Part shown: one piece after another, positions 27,323-37,188 of the stretch | Layout: every line of letters starts with the position of its first letter | Numbering within the stretch: the stretch's first letter is position 1 | Assembly: GCA_046327955.1 (NCBI GenBank) | Contig: JAXLXP010000007.1 | Coordinates: 56,029 to 120,028 of the forward strand | Source: Candidatus Binatia bacterium | GTDB taxonomy: Bacteria > Desulfobacterota > Binatia > DP-6 | Direction: 5' to 3' | DNA length: 64,000 nt | The notes under the pieces: model-generated | The model's input: only the letters and a program-made list of their open reading frames with translations | The model's database searches: none | What the model was told of the DNA's origin: nothing | Program-made: the position numbers and the translations under genes

Positions 27323-27646
27323 TCACCGTTCCTCGGCATAGCGCACGCTAGGGAGCCCCTCCGCGCCGCGACCTTCCGGCGTGAGATCGAGGACACCCCA
27401 CAGTGGCCAGAGCAGATCGACGTGACGAGGGTGTTGTCCCGCCTCCGGCCGGAGGAAGAGCAGCTCGGTGGCGGAGAAGTGCTCGATGCGATCGCCGACC
27501 CTGCGGAAGACGTTCAGGTTCGGGATCCGCTCGCCCGCATCGTTCTCCCCGAAGCAGTCGCGACTGAAGGTGTTCCGGCTCGACGACAAGAGGCGCAGAT
27601 GCGTCCAGCCACCTTGCCGGCCCCAGTCGTGGATCGCTGCCAGCAT
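27323..27646 (-). pseudogene. DUF899 (thioredoxin-like) protein, C-terminal fragment
   Basis: LAAIHDWGRQGGW...SSSRNTFSRDCFG...NLNVFRRVGDRIEHF...LDLTPEGRG follows the DUF899 C-terminal pattern. An in-frame TAG lies directly upstream and an IS5-family element is ~100 bp away. Confidence 0.5.
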
Positions 27647-27743
27647 GGTCTATATGGACCCAGCTGGCCATCGGCGCGACGCCGACCTGCGAGCGTGGCT
27701 TGCGCGCGCGGTGCGCCTCGCCCGGGCGCTGCCACCGAAGTAG

Positions 27744-29067
27744 CTAGCAGGTTGCTGAAGAACGCGTCGATGACGGCACTTGCATGATGAAAGAGCGGCG
27801 GCGCGACGACCTCAGCGGCGGGGAGATGGGGTTCCGGGGCGGCGTTGGGCAGCCGGTTTCGGCTCCGGCCGACACCCCGGCCACCGTCTCATGCTACCGC
27901 GATCTCGGGCATCAGCTTCGCCATCCGCAACAGGTCGTAGGCCGCCCCCACGAGGTAGGCCCAGAAGCCGGTGCGTTGCACGCCGCGGTAGCGTGTTTTC
28001 CGCAAGCCCCCGATCGTCTTCCCCCACCCGAAGATCTCCTCGACCTTCTTGCGGCACCGCTGGCTGAGCTGGTAGCCCGCGTGGCGCAGGGTCCGCCAAT
28101 CGAGGGTGGAATCCCGCCGCGTCGTGATGTTCGGCGCCACGTGCGGGGTAATCCCTTCCGCGCGCAGGCCGGCCACGAAGGCGGCCGTGTCGTAGGCCTT
28201 GTCCGCGCCGAGCGTCCGCGGCCGAATCCCGTTGCGGCGCTGCCGCCGGACCATCGTGAGCGCCGCCTCCCGTTCGGCCGTCCCCGTCGCGCGGGTGACC
28301 AGGATGTCGACGCACAGGCCGTGGCGGTTCTCCATGAGGACATGCCCCGCGAAGGCGAGCTTCGCCTCCTTGCCGTTGCCCTTGCGCGCCAACAGCGCAT
28401 CACTGTCGGTGATCGACGCATGCGTCGCGTTGCTGCGCCGCTCCCCGTGAAAGTTCACGGTGGGATTGCCGGGATCGTCGGGGGGCGGCCGGTCCTCGGC
28501 CCGCTCGCCCTTCGGGCGGAAGCTCTTGAGCGACGCCCACGCCTCAATCAGCGTCCCGTCCACGGTGAAGTGCTCGGCCGACAGCAGGTGGGCGGCCTTC
28601 GCCTGCTGCACCACCCCCTCGAAAAACCGCCGCGCCACGTCGGCGCGCAGCAGCCGCTCCTTGTTCTTGGCGATCGTCGAGGCGTCGAAGGGGACGGTGT
28701 GGAGGTCCAGGTCGAGAAACCATTGGAAGAGGAGGTTGTACTGCAGCTGCTCGCAAAGCTGCCGCTCGCTGCGAATGCTGTAGAGCGCGATCAGCAGGCA
28801 CGCCTTGAGCAACCGCTCGGGCGGGACCGACGGGCGGCCGCGCTCGGCGTACATCCGCTCGAACACGGGCGAGAGCCGGGCGAGTTCCGCATCCGCCAGC
28901 GCTTTGATCCGCCGCAACGGATGGTCCGCCGGAATCCGGTGCTCCGCGCTCACCACGCTCAACATCGTCCGCTGCCGCTCCACCTCTCCCCGCATCCCGG
29001 CCTCCTCCTCGGAAACCCTATAGATCCGCGCGCGGGCGAAGTCGAGCGTTTTTCAGCAGCCTGCTAG
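27744..29067 (-). mobile_element. IS5-family insertion sequence (single DDE transposase)
   Basis: 22-bp IRs CTAGCAGGTTGCTGAAGAACGC / CTAGCAGGCTGCTGAAAAACGC (2 mismatches). The terminal CTAG could equally be a 4-bp palindromic TSD. Confidence 0.85.
27889..28995 (-). CDS. IS5-family transposase
   Basis: 368 aa: ...HPLRRIKALADAEL...RPSVPPERLLKACLLIALYSIRSERQLCEQLQYNLLFQWFL...GADKAYD... Confidence 0.9.
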   Translation of the reverse strand: MRGEVERQRTMLSVVSAEHRIPADHPLRRIKALADAELARLSPVFERMYAERGRPSVPPERLLKACLLIALYSIRSERQLCEQLQYNLLFQWFLDLDLHTVPFDASTIAKNKERLLRADVARRFFEGVVQQAKAAHLLSAEHFTVDGTLIEAWASLKSFRPKGERAEDRPPPDDPGNPTVNFHGERRSNATHASITDSDALLARKGNGKEAKLAFAGHVLMENRHGLCVDILVTRATGTAEREAALTMVRRQRRNGIRPRTLGADKAYDTAAFVAGLRAEGITPHVAPNITTRRDSTLDWRTLRHAGYQLSQRCRKKVEEIFGWGKTIGGLRKTRYRGVQRTGFWAYLVGAAYDLLRMAKLMPEIAVA

Positions 29068-29290
29068 AGTCGGCGCCAGCCCGCGCCAGCATTGCGGGGC
29101 CCGGCCACGAGCAGGCGCTCCGAGACGGGCACGCAGCCTCTCGGGGCTGCCCACTCACCGTACTGCCGAGTTGCTGATCTCGATCCTCGTCGACGGCGGG
29201 ACTTGTGGCACGGGAACTTCCAGAAGGCCGCGCGCGTCAACAGCATGTAGAGGCAGCGTGTCGGGACGGGCGGCCTCGGAGGAACAGCGT

Positions 29291-30031
29291 ATGAACCAGA
29301 CGCACGCCCATGGGAACGGGATGCCATTTCGGGCGCTGCGACGGATACCCGCGCAGAGATGGCCCACTCCTCTTGGTCCTGTAATCGGAGCGCTGGTCGC
29401 CGGCTGCTTTTCCATCGGCGCAACGGCAAGTGAGGCGCCATCACCCGTGCCAAGTCGGGCGGAGACAACCTTCGCCGCCCATCGAGAGCACGGCGGTCTC
29501 GTGATCGACCATATGCGGGGTACCGGGACGGCGGATGTCTTCATCTGCCAATCGGGGTCGGCAGCTCGAGCCCGCGTAGAAGAAGGAGACGGGAAGAGGG
29601 TGGTGGCACTCCGCTCGCTCGGGCCTGGCGAGGTCGCCGTCCGAGCCAGATGCTGTACCGAGGCACCGACAACCGGTCGGGTCGAACCACGCTGGGAAGA
29701 CAATGCCATCCGTTTGGCTCTCCGCACCGATGCATTGTCCCTGGAAACGGGCTTCTTCGAGCGAGTCGACTCGGGGCGGTCTAGACGCTTGAGCCGGGCC
29801 GTCGACATGGCCATCAGCCTCCGTGGGACCTACGAGGCGTTGTTGCGAGATCCCGGCGGCAGGTCCGTAGGCTGGCTCCGCGTTCAGGTCCAACGTTGCG
29901 GGGCGCGGACGTACGAGGGCGTTCTTCCGGAGGCCGTCGCCCCAGGGCTCGCGGCAGCTGCGGCCTTGGCGCTCGACACTGAGATCGACTGGATCGAGAG
30001 CCATTCGCTGGACGTGTACAGCGGGAGCTAG
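29291..30031 (+). CDS. Secreted/membrane-anchored hypothetical protein
   Basis: GGAGGA lies 7 nt before the ATG at 29291: MNQTHAHGNGMPFRALRRIPAQRWPTPLGPVIGALVAGCFSIGATA... Confidence 0.5.
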   Translation: MNQTHAHGNGMPFRALRRIPAQRWPTPLGPVIGALVAGCFSIGATASEAPSPVPSRAETTFAAHREHGGLVIDHMRGTGTADVFICQSGSAARARVEEGDGKRVVALRSLGPGEVAVRARCCTEAPTTGRVEPRWEDNAIRLALRTDALSLETGFFERVDSGRSRRLSRAVDMAISLRGTYEALLRDPGGRSVGWLRVQVQRCGARTYEGVLPEAVAPGLAAAAALALDTEIDWIESHSLDVYSGS

Positions 30032-30066
30032 AGTTCACCCTCCCTGAGCGCCTTCAGCGGTCCCCG

Positions 30067-30630
30067 ATGAGTACTGGTCGCCACACGGAATTTGCCGCGG
30101 TCGCCATCAGCTTTCTGTCCGCGATCTACAACGCGGCGCGCCGCATGACGGGCAACGAGCACGACGCCGAGGATCTGGCGCAGGAGACCTACGTCGAGGC
30201 GTTCCGTCACGCGGCGCAGCTGCGCGACCTGGCCCACTGTAAGGCCTGGCTCTTCTGCATCCTCCGCAACCGCTTCATCTCGTCCGAGCGGAAGCGCCGC
30301 GCGCGGCCGGAGCTGGTCATGGTCGAGGGCGGCGTCGAGGCGGCGGACGCCAACGCGGCGCAGGAGAGCCTGCCGCGGCTCGAACGCGCCATGATGGCAC
30401 GACTCGCCAGACCAGCCATCGTGCACGCTCTGGAACGATTGCCCGACGAGCTGCGCACGGGGCTTCTCCTCTGTGACCTGGAAGGTTTCACGTACGAAGA
30501 GATCGCCGAGATCATGGGCTGCCCGATCGGGACCGTGCGTTCCCGGATCGCTCGGGCGCGTGCCCGCCTCATCAAGCAGCTCGCTGTCGAGGCAGCTGCT
30601 CTTGGCGTAGGCAAGGAGCCGTTCCGATGA
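30067..30630 (+). CDS. ECF-type RNA polymerase sigma-70 factor
   Basis: Region 2 (DAEDLAQETYVEAF) and region 4 (LPDELRTGLLLCDLEGFTYEEIAEIMGCPIGTVRSRIARAR). Confidence 0.9.
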   Translation: MSTGRHTEFAAVAISFLSAIYNAARRMTGNEHDAEDLAQETYVEAFRHAAQLRDLAHCKAWLFCILRNRFISSERKRRARPELVMVEGGVEAADANAAQESLPRLERAMMARLARPAIVHALERLPDELRTGLLLCDLEGFTYEEIAEIMGCPIGTVRSRIARARARLIKQLAVEAAALGVGKEPFR

Positions 30631-31391
30631 AGGGCTGCAATACCCCGTTTGACCTGCTCAACGCGTACGTCGACGGCGAGCTCGCGCCACCGGAAGAGCT
30701 CGAGCTGCGGCGACACCTCGACGTCTGCGAGGCGTGTCGGAGCCAGGTAGAGACGCTGCTCGCCCTCAAGGAAGCCGTGGCCGCCAGCGCGGAGACGCGG
30801 CCGGTCCCCCATACGTTACGCGAGCGACTCGGGATGCTGGCCCAGCCGAGGACAGGACGGTTACTCAGCCGCCGCACGTGGGTCACAGGACTCGCAGCCG
30901 GGCTGTTGCTCGCGGTGGGTGTCACCGGCTGGTTCATGCTCCGGCCGCAGGCACACACTGACATTGTCACGGAGGCGCTGGTCGCCGACCATCTGCACTT
31001 CCTCCAAGAACCGGACGCCCTGGAGATCGCGTCGAACGACCCGCAGCAGATCGCCGCGTGGTTCAGCGACAAGGTGGCGTTCCCGGTCCCTGTGCCCGCC
31101 CTCCGCGCTGCCGACCTGGTGGGCGGCCGACTCTGCTCGCTCTGGGGTCACAAGATCGCCCTCGCCTTCTACGAGGTGCACGGCAAGCGATTGTCGCTCT
31201 TCATGGCCGATCCGGCCACGTTCCCGCTCGGCAGTCGGCCGGCGGGCAGCTGCCGCACCGCCCTCGGTGACTACGACGTCTGTATCGTCCCGACGTCGTC
31301 GACCGTCCTCGCCCTCGTCGGCGACAAGGACGAGATGGCCGGCGTTCTGCGGGAGCTCGAGACGCTGGCCACCCAGCACCCCCAGAGCTGA
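30627..31391 (+). CDS. Membrane-spanning anti-sigma factor (zf-HC2)
   Basis: 4-nt overlap with the sigma gene. N-terminal LLNAYVDGELAPPEELELRRHLDVCEACRSQ (HxxxCxxC), then one TM segment. Confidence 0.8.
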   Translation: MKGCNTPFDLLNAYVDGELAPPEELELRRHLDVCEACRSQVETLLALKEAVAASAETRPVPHTLRERLGMLAQPRTGRLLSRRTWVTGLAAGLLLAVGVTGWFMLRPQAHTDIVTEALVADHLHFLQEPDALEIASNDPQQIAAWFSDKVAFPVPVPALRAADLVGGRLCSLWGHKIALAFYEVHGKRLSLFMADPATFPLGSRPAGSCRTALGDYDVCIVPTSSTVLALVGDKDEMAGVLRELETLATQHPQS

Positions 31392-31406
31392 GGCGTAAGA
31401 GACTCC

Positions 31407-34400
31407 ATGCGCCTCGTTCGCTTCGCGCTCGCGAATCCGTACACCGTGATCGTGGGTGTCCTCGCCATCATCGTGCTCGGCGTCACGGCGGCCGTCCGCA
31501 TGCCCGTCGACATCCTGCCACAGTTCCACACTCCCGCCGTCCAGATTGTGACCTTCTACCCCGGGATGCCGGCCGAGGTGATGGAGAAGGACATCACGAC
31601 ACGCCTCGAGCGCTGGACCGGCCAGTCGGCGGGAATCGCGCGCCAGGAGTCCCGCTCGATGATCGGGGTCTCGATCGTCAAGGACTTCTTTCACGAGGGG
31701 ATCGATCCCGCGTCGGCGATCGCGCAGGTGAGCTCGTACGCCATGTCCGACCTCTTCTACCTTCCACCCGGCACCGTGCCGCCCATGGTCATGCCGTTCG
31801 ACCCGACAGCGACCGTGCCGCTCGCGCTGATCACGGTGTCGAGCCCGCAGTTCGACGAGACCAAGCTCTACGACGTCGCGTACTTCGATCTCCGGAACCG
31901 CCTCCAGGGGATCTCGGGCGTCATCGCCCCCGCGGTCTACGGCGGGAAGCTCCGCCGCATCCTCGCCTACGTCGGCCCGCGCAAGCTCGAGGCGCGCGGC
32001 CTCTCGCCGATGGATGTCGTGCAGACGCTCCGGAGCTTCAGCACGCTCATCCCGACGGGCACGGCGAAGCTCGGGGACCTCGACTACCAGGTCATCACGA
32101 ACGGCCTGCCGGAGCGCGTCGAGGAGATGAACGACTTCCCCATCCGCATCGAAGGTGACGCCCCAGTGCTGATCCGGGACGTCGGGGAGGTCAAGGACTC
32201 GCACCAGATCCAGACGAACATCGTCCGCATCAGCGCGCCGCCCGACATGGTCGGCAAGCGGCAGGTGTACATCCCCATCTATCGCCAGCCAGGCGCGAAC
32301 ACGATCGCAGTCGTCGACGGCGTTCGAAGCGCGCTCGCCTCGATCCTCGAGCGCCTGCCCAAGGGGATCAACCTGGGCGTCGTCATGGACCAGTCGGTCT
32401 ACGTGCGCCGTGCCATCCGGAGCCTCGTCGACGAGGGGCTTCTCGGGGCCGGGCTCGCGGCGCTCATGATCCTGCTCTTCCTCGGCGACCTGCGCTCGAC
32501 CCTCATGACGGCGTTCGCGATCCCGCTGTCGATCCTGGCCGCCTTCATCGGCCTCTACTTCACCGGCCACTCAATCAACGCGATGACGCTCGGCGGGCTC
32601 GCGCTCGCCGTCGGCCGGCTCGTCGACGACGCGATCGTCGTGCTCGAGAACACGGACCGCCACCTCGCAGCGGGCGCTCCGCCCGCCCGGGCCGCCCTCG
32701 AGGCCGCAGGCGAGGTGTCGATGCCGGTGCTCGCCGCGACCGTCACGACCATCGTCGTCTTCTTCCCCGTCGTATTTCTGACCGGCATCGGGAAGTTCCT
32801 GTTCACGCCGCTGGCGCTGGCCGTCGGCTTCTCCATCGCGGCCTCCTATCTCGTGGCGATGGCGGTGGTGCCCGTCTACTGCGCGCGGTTCCTGAGTCGT
32901 AGCGACCACAAGAGTTCGGACGGCGCGCCTGGCCCGGTCACCAGCTTCCTCCGGCGCTTCGAGCAGGGCGTCGAGCGCGTGCGGGAGCACTATGGGCGAT
33001 GGCTCGTGCGCGCCATGGACCGTCGGACGCGCGTGCTCGGTGCCGTCGCAGCGCTGTTCGTGGTCGCCCTCCTGCTCGCACCCTTCGTCGGGACGGATCT
33101 CTTCCCCGAGGTCGACGCTGGCCAGTTCTCGGTGCGCGTCCGGGCCACGAGCGGCACGCGGATCGAGCGGACAGAGGAGCTCGTCGCCCGGGTCGAGCAA
33201 ACCCTCAAGGAGACCATCCCATCCCGCGACCTGGCGATGGTCATCGCCAACGCCGGCGTCCTCCTCGACTGGCCGGCCGCGTACACCCCCAACGCCGGCG
33301 TCCAGGACGCCTTCATCGACGTGCAGCTGACCGACCGCCGCAGCCGCTCGGCGCAGGAGTACGCCCGCGCGGTTCGCCGCGTGCTGAACGAGCGCTTCCC
33401 CGAGGCGGCGTTCTCGGTCCACACCGGCGGCATCGTCACCGCCGCGCTCAACGGCGGGCTCCCCTCGCCCATCGACATCCAGGTGAGCGGCAACAAGCTC
33501 GACGTCGCCCACGATGTCGCCGAGCGGGTGCGCCGCGCCGTGGCGATGGTCCGCGGCGCGGCCGACGTCCGCATCCAGCAGCGCCTCGACTACCCGGCGA
33601 TCAAGGTCAACGTCGACCGCACGAAGGCGGCCTACCTGGGCCTCACGCCGAGCCAGGTCGTCAAGAACGTGGTCTCGAGCCTCAACTCGTCGATCAACTT
33701 CGACCCGGCGTTCTGGATCGACGAATCCAACGGCAATCACTACTTCCTCGGGGTGCAGTACCCGGAGGAGATGATCGAGTCGCTCCAGACGCTCGAGAAC
33801 ATCCCGCTTACCGCCCCCGGGGCCGCAACGCTTGCCCCCATGCCGGTGCGGGGCATGCCGGACGGCCACCTGTCCCCGCCGGCGCGCCTCGCGCTGCTCA
33901 AGAACGTCGCGGCCTTCGAGCCCAGGACGGCGCCGACCGAGGTGAACCACTTGAACATCAGCCGGGTGATCGACGTGTACGCCAACGTCGACGGCCGCGA
34001 CGTGGGCGGCGTAGCGGTGGACGTCGAACGCAAACTCGACCCGATCCGCGCCACGATGCCCGCCGGGTACACGATCACGATGCGCGGCGAGGTGCAGAGC
34101 ATGCGCGAGTCCTTCGCGAGCCTCGGCTTCGGCTTCGTGCTCGCAGCGGTCCTGGTCTACCTGATCATGGTCGCCCAGTTCCGGTCCTTCCTGGACCCCT
34201 TCGTCGTCATGTTCGCCGTGCCGCTCGGCCTGATCGGCGTCGTGGTGATCCTGCTCGTCACCGGCAGCACACTCAACGTCCAGTCCTTCATGGGGGTGAT
34301 CTTCATGCTCGGCATCGCGGTCTCCAACTCCGTCCTGCTCGTCGAATTCGCGAACCGCCTGCGTGCTGAGGGCGCTTCGCCCGAGGAGGCCGCCATCCGC

Positions 34401-34637
34401 GCCGCCGAGATCCGCTTCCGGCCGATCGTGATGACCTCGCTCGCCGCCGTGCTCGGGCTGATGCCGATGGCGATCGGCCTCGGTCACGGCAGCGAGGCGA
34501 ACGTGCCCCTCGCCCGCGCCGTGATGGGTGGTCTCGCCGTCTCGACCGTCCTCACGCTCTTCGTCGTTCCGTTGCTCTACAGGATTCTCAAGCGAGGGCC
34601 GGCGCCGGCGGGCGCGGCGGCATCGGGCGGCATATGA
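31407..34637 (+). CDS. RND efflux permease (AcrB/CzcA superfamily)
   Basis: 1076 aa with 12-TM RND architecture: MRLVRFALANPYTVIVGVLAIIVLG... Confidence 0.95.
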   Translation: MRLVRFALANPYTVIVGVLAIIVLGVTAAVRMPVDILPQFHTPAVQIVTFYPGMPAEVMEKDITTRLERWTGQSAGIARQESRSMIGVSIVKDFFHEGIDPASAIAQVSSYAMSDLFYLPPGTVPPMVMPFDPTATVPLALITVSSPQFDETKLYDVAYFDLRNRLQGISGVIAPAVYGGKLRRILAYVGPRKLEARGLSPMDVVQTLRSFSTLIPTGTAKLGDLDYQVITNGLPERVEEMNDFPIRIEGDAPVLIRDVGEVKDSHQIQTNIVRISAPPDMVGKRQVYIPIYRQPGANTIAVVDGVRSALASILERLPKGINLGVVMDQSVYVRRAIRSLVDEGLLGAGLAALMILLFLGDLRSTLMTAFAIPLSILAAFIGLYFTGHSINAMTLGGLALAVGRLVDDAIVVLENTDRHLAAGAPPARAALEAAGEVSMPVLAATVTTIVVFFPVVFLTGIGKFLFTPLALAVGFSIAASYLVAMAVVPVYCARFLSRSDHKSSDGAPGPVTSFLRRFEQGVERVREHYGRWLVRAMDRRTRVLGAVAALFVVALLLAPFVGTDLFPEVDAGQFSVRVRATSGTRIERTEELVARVEQTLKETIPSRDLAMVIANAGVLLDWPAAYTPNAGVQDAFIDVQLTDRRSRSAQEYARAVRRVLNERFPEAAFSVHTGGIVTAALNGGLPSPIDIQVSGNKLDVAHDVAERVRRAVAMVRGAADVRIQQRLDYPAIKVNVDRTKAAYLGLTPSQVVKNVVSSLNSSINFDPAFWIDESNGNHYFLGVQYPEEMIESLQTLENIPLTAPGAATLAPMPVRGMPDGHLSPPARLALLKNVAAFEPRTAPTEVNHLNISRVIDVYANVDGRDVGGVAVDVERKLDPIRATMPAGYTITMRGEVQSMRESFASLGFGFVLAAVLVYLIMVAQFRSFLDPFVVMFAVPLGLIGVVVILLVTGSTLNVQSFMGVIFMLGIAVSNSVLLVEFANRLRAEGASPEEAAIRAAEIRFRPIVMTSLAAVLGLMPMAIGLGHGSEANVPLARAVMGGLAVSTVLTLFVVPLLYRILKRGPAPAGAAASGGI

Positions 34638-35788
34638 AGGCAGCGTACAACGTACTGGCAGCGGCGCTGCTGATGGCCGGCGGATGCTCGCGGCCCTCGG
34701 AGGGCACGAAAGGACCGGACGCGACGGCGGCACCCGCCCGAGTGGAGGTCACGCGGCCGGAGCGTCGAGACGTTGCGCGGACGATCACGCTCTCCGCGAG
34801 CGTCGAGGCGTTCGAGCAGGCGCCCGTCTGCGCAAAGGTGGGGGGATACGTCGACCGCATCATCGTCGACATCGGCGACCGGGTGACCGAGGGCCAGGTC
34901 CTCGCCACGCTCGATATCCCCGAGATGGCTGACCAGTCCGCACAGGCGGAGCAACAGCTCGCCCAACAGCAGGCAGAGGTGACGAAGGCGGAAGCCGAGG
35001 CCGCGCTCCAGAAGACCATCTCTGCCCGCAGCCAAGGGCTGCGCGCGAAGGACGCCATCACCGAGCAGGACCTGGACGAGGCCCGGGCGGGGGCCGCAAA
35101 GGCGAGGGCCGAGCTCGAGCTGGCCCGCGCACGCGGAAAGAGCGCGGAGGCGCGGGTCGCTGAGCTTCGGGCGCTCATGCAGTACGCCACGTTGCGCGCT
35201 CCGTTCGCAGGCATCGTCACCCGCCGATTCGTAGATCGGGGTGCGCTCGTGCAGGCGTCCAGCTCGAACAACTCCCCTCTGCTGATCGTGGCGCGCACCG
35301 ACACCGTGCGGGTGTTTGCGGACGTCCCGGAGCCGGACGTGTCCTTCATCAGCCGGGGCGATCGCGCCGTGCTCGCAGTCGCCGCGCTTCCCGGCAGAGC
35401 GTTCGCCGGTCAGATCACCCGCTTCGCCGAGGCGCTCGAGCCGAGCTCCCGCACGATGCGGACCGAGGTCGACCTTCCCAATCCCGACGGGACCCTGCGC
35501 GCGGGCATGTACGGCACCGTGACGATCGCGGTGGAAACGCACCCCGACGCGCTCACGGTCCCGGAGGCCGCCGTGCGGCGGGAGAAGACGCGAGCGGTCG
35601 TGTACGCCGTCGACGGTGACCGCTCCGCAGAGCGAATCGTGAAGGCTGGCCTCGCCGCTGAGGGGCGTGTGGAGATCCTCGAGGGGCTTGGCGACGGCGA
35701 CCGCGTGATCACGTCCGGCGCGATCGGGCTCGGCGAAGGGGCTCCCGTTCAGGTGGTGGAGGCTCCGCGAACGGGTGCCACGCCATGA
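34634..35788 (+). CDS. RND periplasmic adaptor (HlyD/MFP family) lipoprotein
   Basis: 4-nt overlap. Lipobox LLMAGGC, a coiled-coil hairpin and a beta-barrel. Confidence 0.9.
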   Translation: MKAAYNVLAAALLMAGGCSRPSEGTKGPDATAAPARVEVTRPERRDVARTITLSASVEAFEQAPVCAKVGGYVDRIIVDIGDRVTEGQVLATLDIPEMADQSAQAEQQLAQQQAEVTKAEAEAALQKTISARSQGLRAKDAITEQDLDEARAGAAKARAELELARARGKSAEARVAELRALMQYATLRAPFAGIVTRRFVDRGALVQASSSNNSPLLIVARTDTVRVFADVPEPDVSFISRGDRAVLAVAALPGRAFAGQITRFAEALEPSSRTMRTEVDLPNPDGTLRAGMYGTVTIAVETHPDALTVPEAAVRREKTRAVVYAVDGDRSAERIVKAGLAAEGRVEILEGLGDGDRVITSGAIGLGEGAPVQVVEAPRTGATP

Positions 35789-37188
35789 GCCCAGCCCGCG
35801 CCGTAGCGTTGCTCCTCGCCGCGGTCACCCCGGCTCTGGCAGGAGAGGCTGCGTCGGCCGGCAGCTCGCCCCACGAGATGCCGCTGCCGGCCGTCCAGAT
35901 GCGGCTCATCGAGGAAGGGAAGTCCCTGCCCATCGATCTCGCGACCGGGCTTGCGCTCGCGCAGGCGAACAACCTGGACATCCTCGCGGCGCGGGCTCAT
36001 CTCGCGGACGCGCGCGGGGTGCGGAACGAGTCGCTCGGCTACCTCGTCCCGGAGTATCACGGCTCGTTCACCGCCAACCGGATCGACGGGGAGATCCAGG
36101 CCTCGTTCGGTAACCTGGAGCGGCACACGTTCAATACCTTCATCCCGGCAACCGGCGCTGCCCTCACCCTCAACCCGGGGCGGGTAGTGTTCGACGCGCT
36201 CGCCGCCCATCGCAGCCTCGCCGCCGCCGAGCACGACAGCGAACAGGTGACGCAGGACGTCCTTGCCACCGTGGCCCAGCAGTACTTCGCCCTCCAGGAG
36301 GCGCAGGCACGCATCAAGATCGCCGAAGAGGCGCTGGCCGCCTCGCGGCAGCTGGCCCGCGTCGGGCGCGACCGCGAGGCGGAAGGCGCGGGTCTCAAGG
36401 TGGACGTGGCGCGGGCCGAGGCCCGTGCCGCCGCCGACGAGGTGCGACTCGCAGAGGCCGAAAGGAGGTTGCGCAACGCCTCGGTACGACTCGCCCTCAC
36501 GCTGAAGACCGATCCGGCGGTGATGCTCTTCCCGCTGGAGACCGTCGTCCGGCAGCGGGCGATCGTCGACCCCACGCGGCCACTCGAAGAGCTGACCACG
36601 CGAGCTGCTGGGAGTCGACCCGACCTCGCCGCGCAGCTTCGGCGGGTGACCGCCGCGGAGAGCCGGCACACGGCGACCTGGGCGGGTGCTGTCGGCCCGA
36701 CGATCGCCGGATCGGTGGAAGAGAGCGCCGTCGGAGAGCGTGTCAGCAACCTAGGGGAGCGTCAGATCTACGGCGGCTTCATCGGCTTCCGCCTCTCGCC
36801 GGCATCGATCGGCCAGGTTCAGGCGGCGAAGGCCCGGGTCGAGCAGGCGCGCCTCGCGGAGGAGCGCCTCGCGCAGCAGGTTACCGGCGACGTGATCATG
36901 GCGCGCGAGAGCGTGCTGACCGCCGGGGAGCAGATCGAGGCCGCGCTGGGGGGCCTCCGCGCGGCGGAGGCGGCCTTCGAGCTGAGCCAGGTGCGCTTCA
37001 AGGGGGGCGTGGGTATCGGACTGGAGGTACTTGACGCCCAGGCCGCGCTCAGCGAGGCACGGTCCAACGTGGTCACCGCGATCGTCACCTACGACGTGGC
37101 GCAGGTGGCGCTCCTGCGCGCGCTGGGCGGTGTCTCCGTGCCGGCACTCCTCCAGCAAGCCGATGCGGGTGGGCCCCCGTCGCCGTGA
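35785..37188 (+). CDS. TolC-family outer-membrane efflux protein
   Basis: 467 aa with a signal peptide and two repeated OEP halves. Confidence 0.85.
   Translation: MSPARAVALLLAAVTPALAGEAASAGSSPHEMPLPAVQMRLIEEGKSLPIDLATGLALAQANNLDILAARAHLADARGVRNESLGYLVPEYHGSFTANRIDGEIQASFGNLERHTFNTFIPATGAALTLNPGRVVFDALAAHRSLAAAEHDSEQVTQDVLATVAQQYFALQEAQARIKIAEEALAASRQLARVGRDREAEGAGLKVDVARAEARAAADEVRLAEAERRLRNASVRLALTLKTDPAVMLFPLETVVRQRAIVDPTRPLEELTTRAAGSRPDLAAQLRRVTAAESRHTATWAGAVGPTIAGSVEESAVGERVSNLGERQIYGGFIGFRLSPASIGQVQAAKARVEQARLAEERLAQQVTGDVIMARESVLTAGEQIEAALGGLRAAEAAFELSQVRFKGGVGIGLEVLDAQAALSEARSNVVTAIVTYDVAQVALLRALGGVSVPALLQQADAGGPPSP

Noticed and set aside
29064-29468. Tested whether the N-terminal half of the DUF899 gene continues on the far side of the IS5-family element.
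   Set aside because: None of the three minus-strand frames beyond 29067 gives the expected DUF899 N-terminal motifs (FEGPxG...HFMF...CxxCS). The 134-aa ORF there is Arg/Pro-rich noise. The DUF899 fragment is simply truncated.
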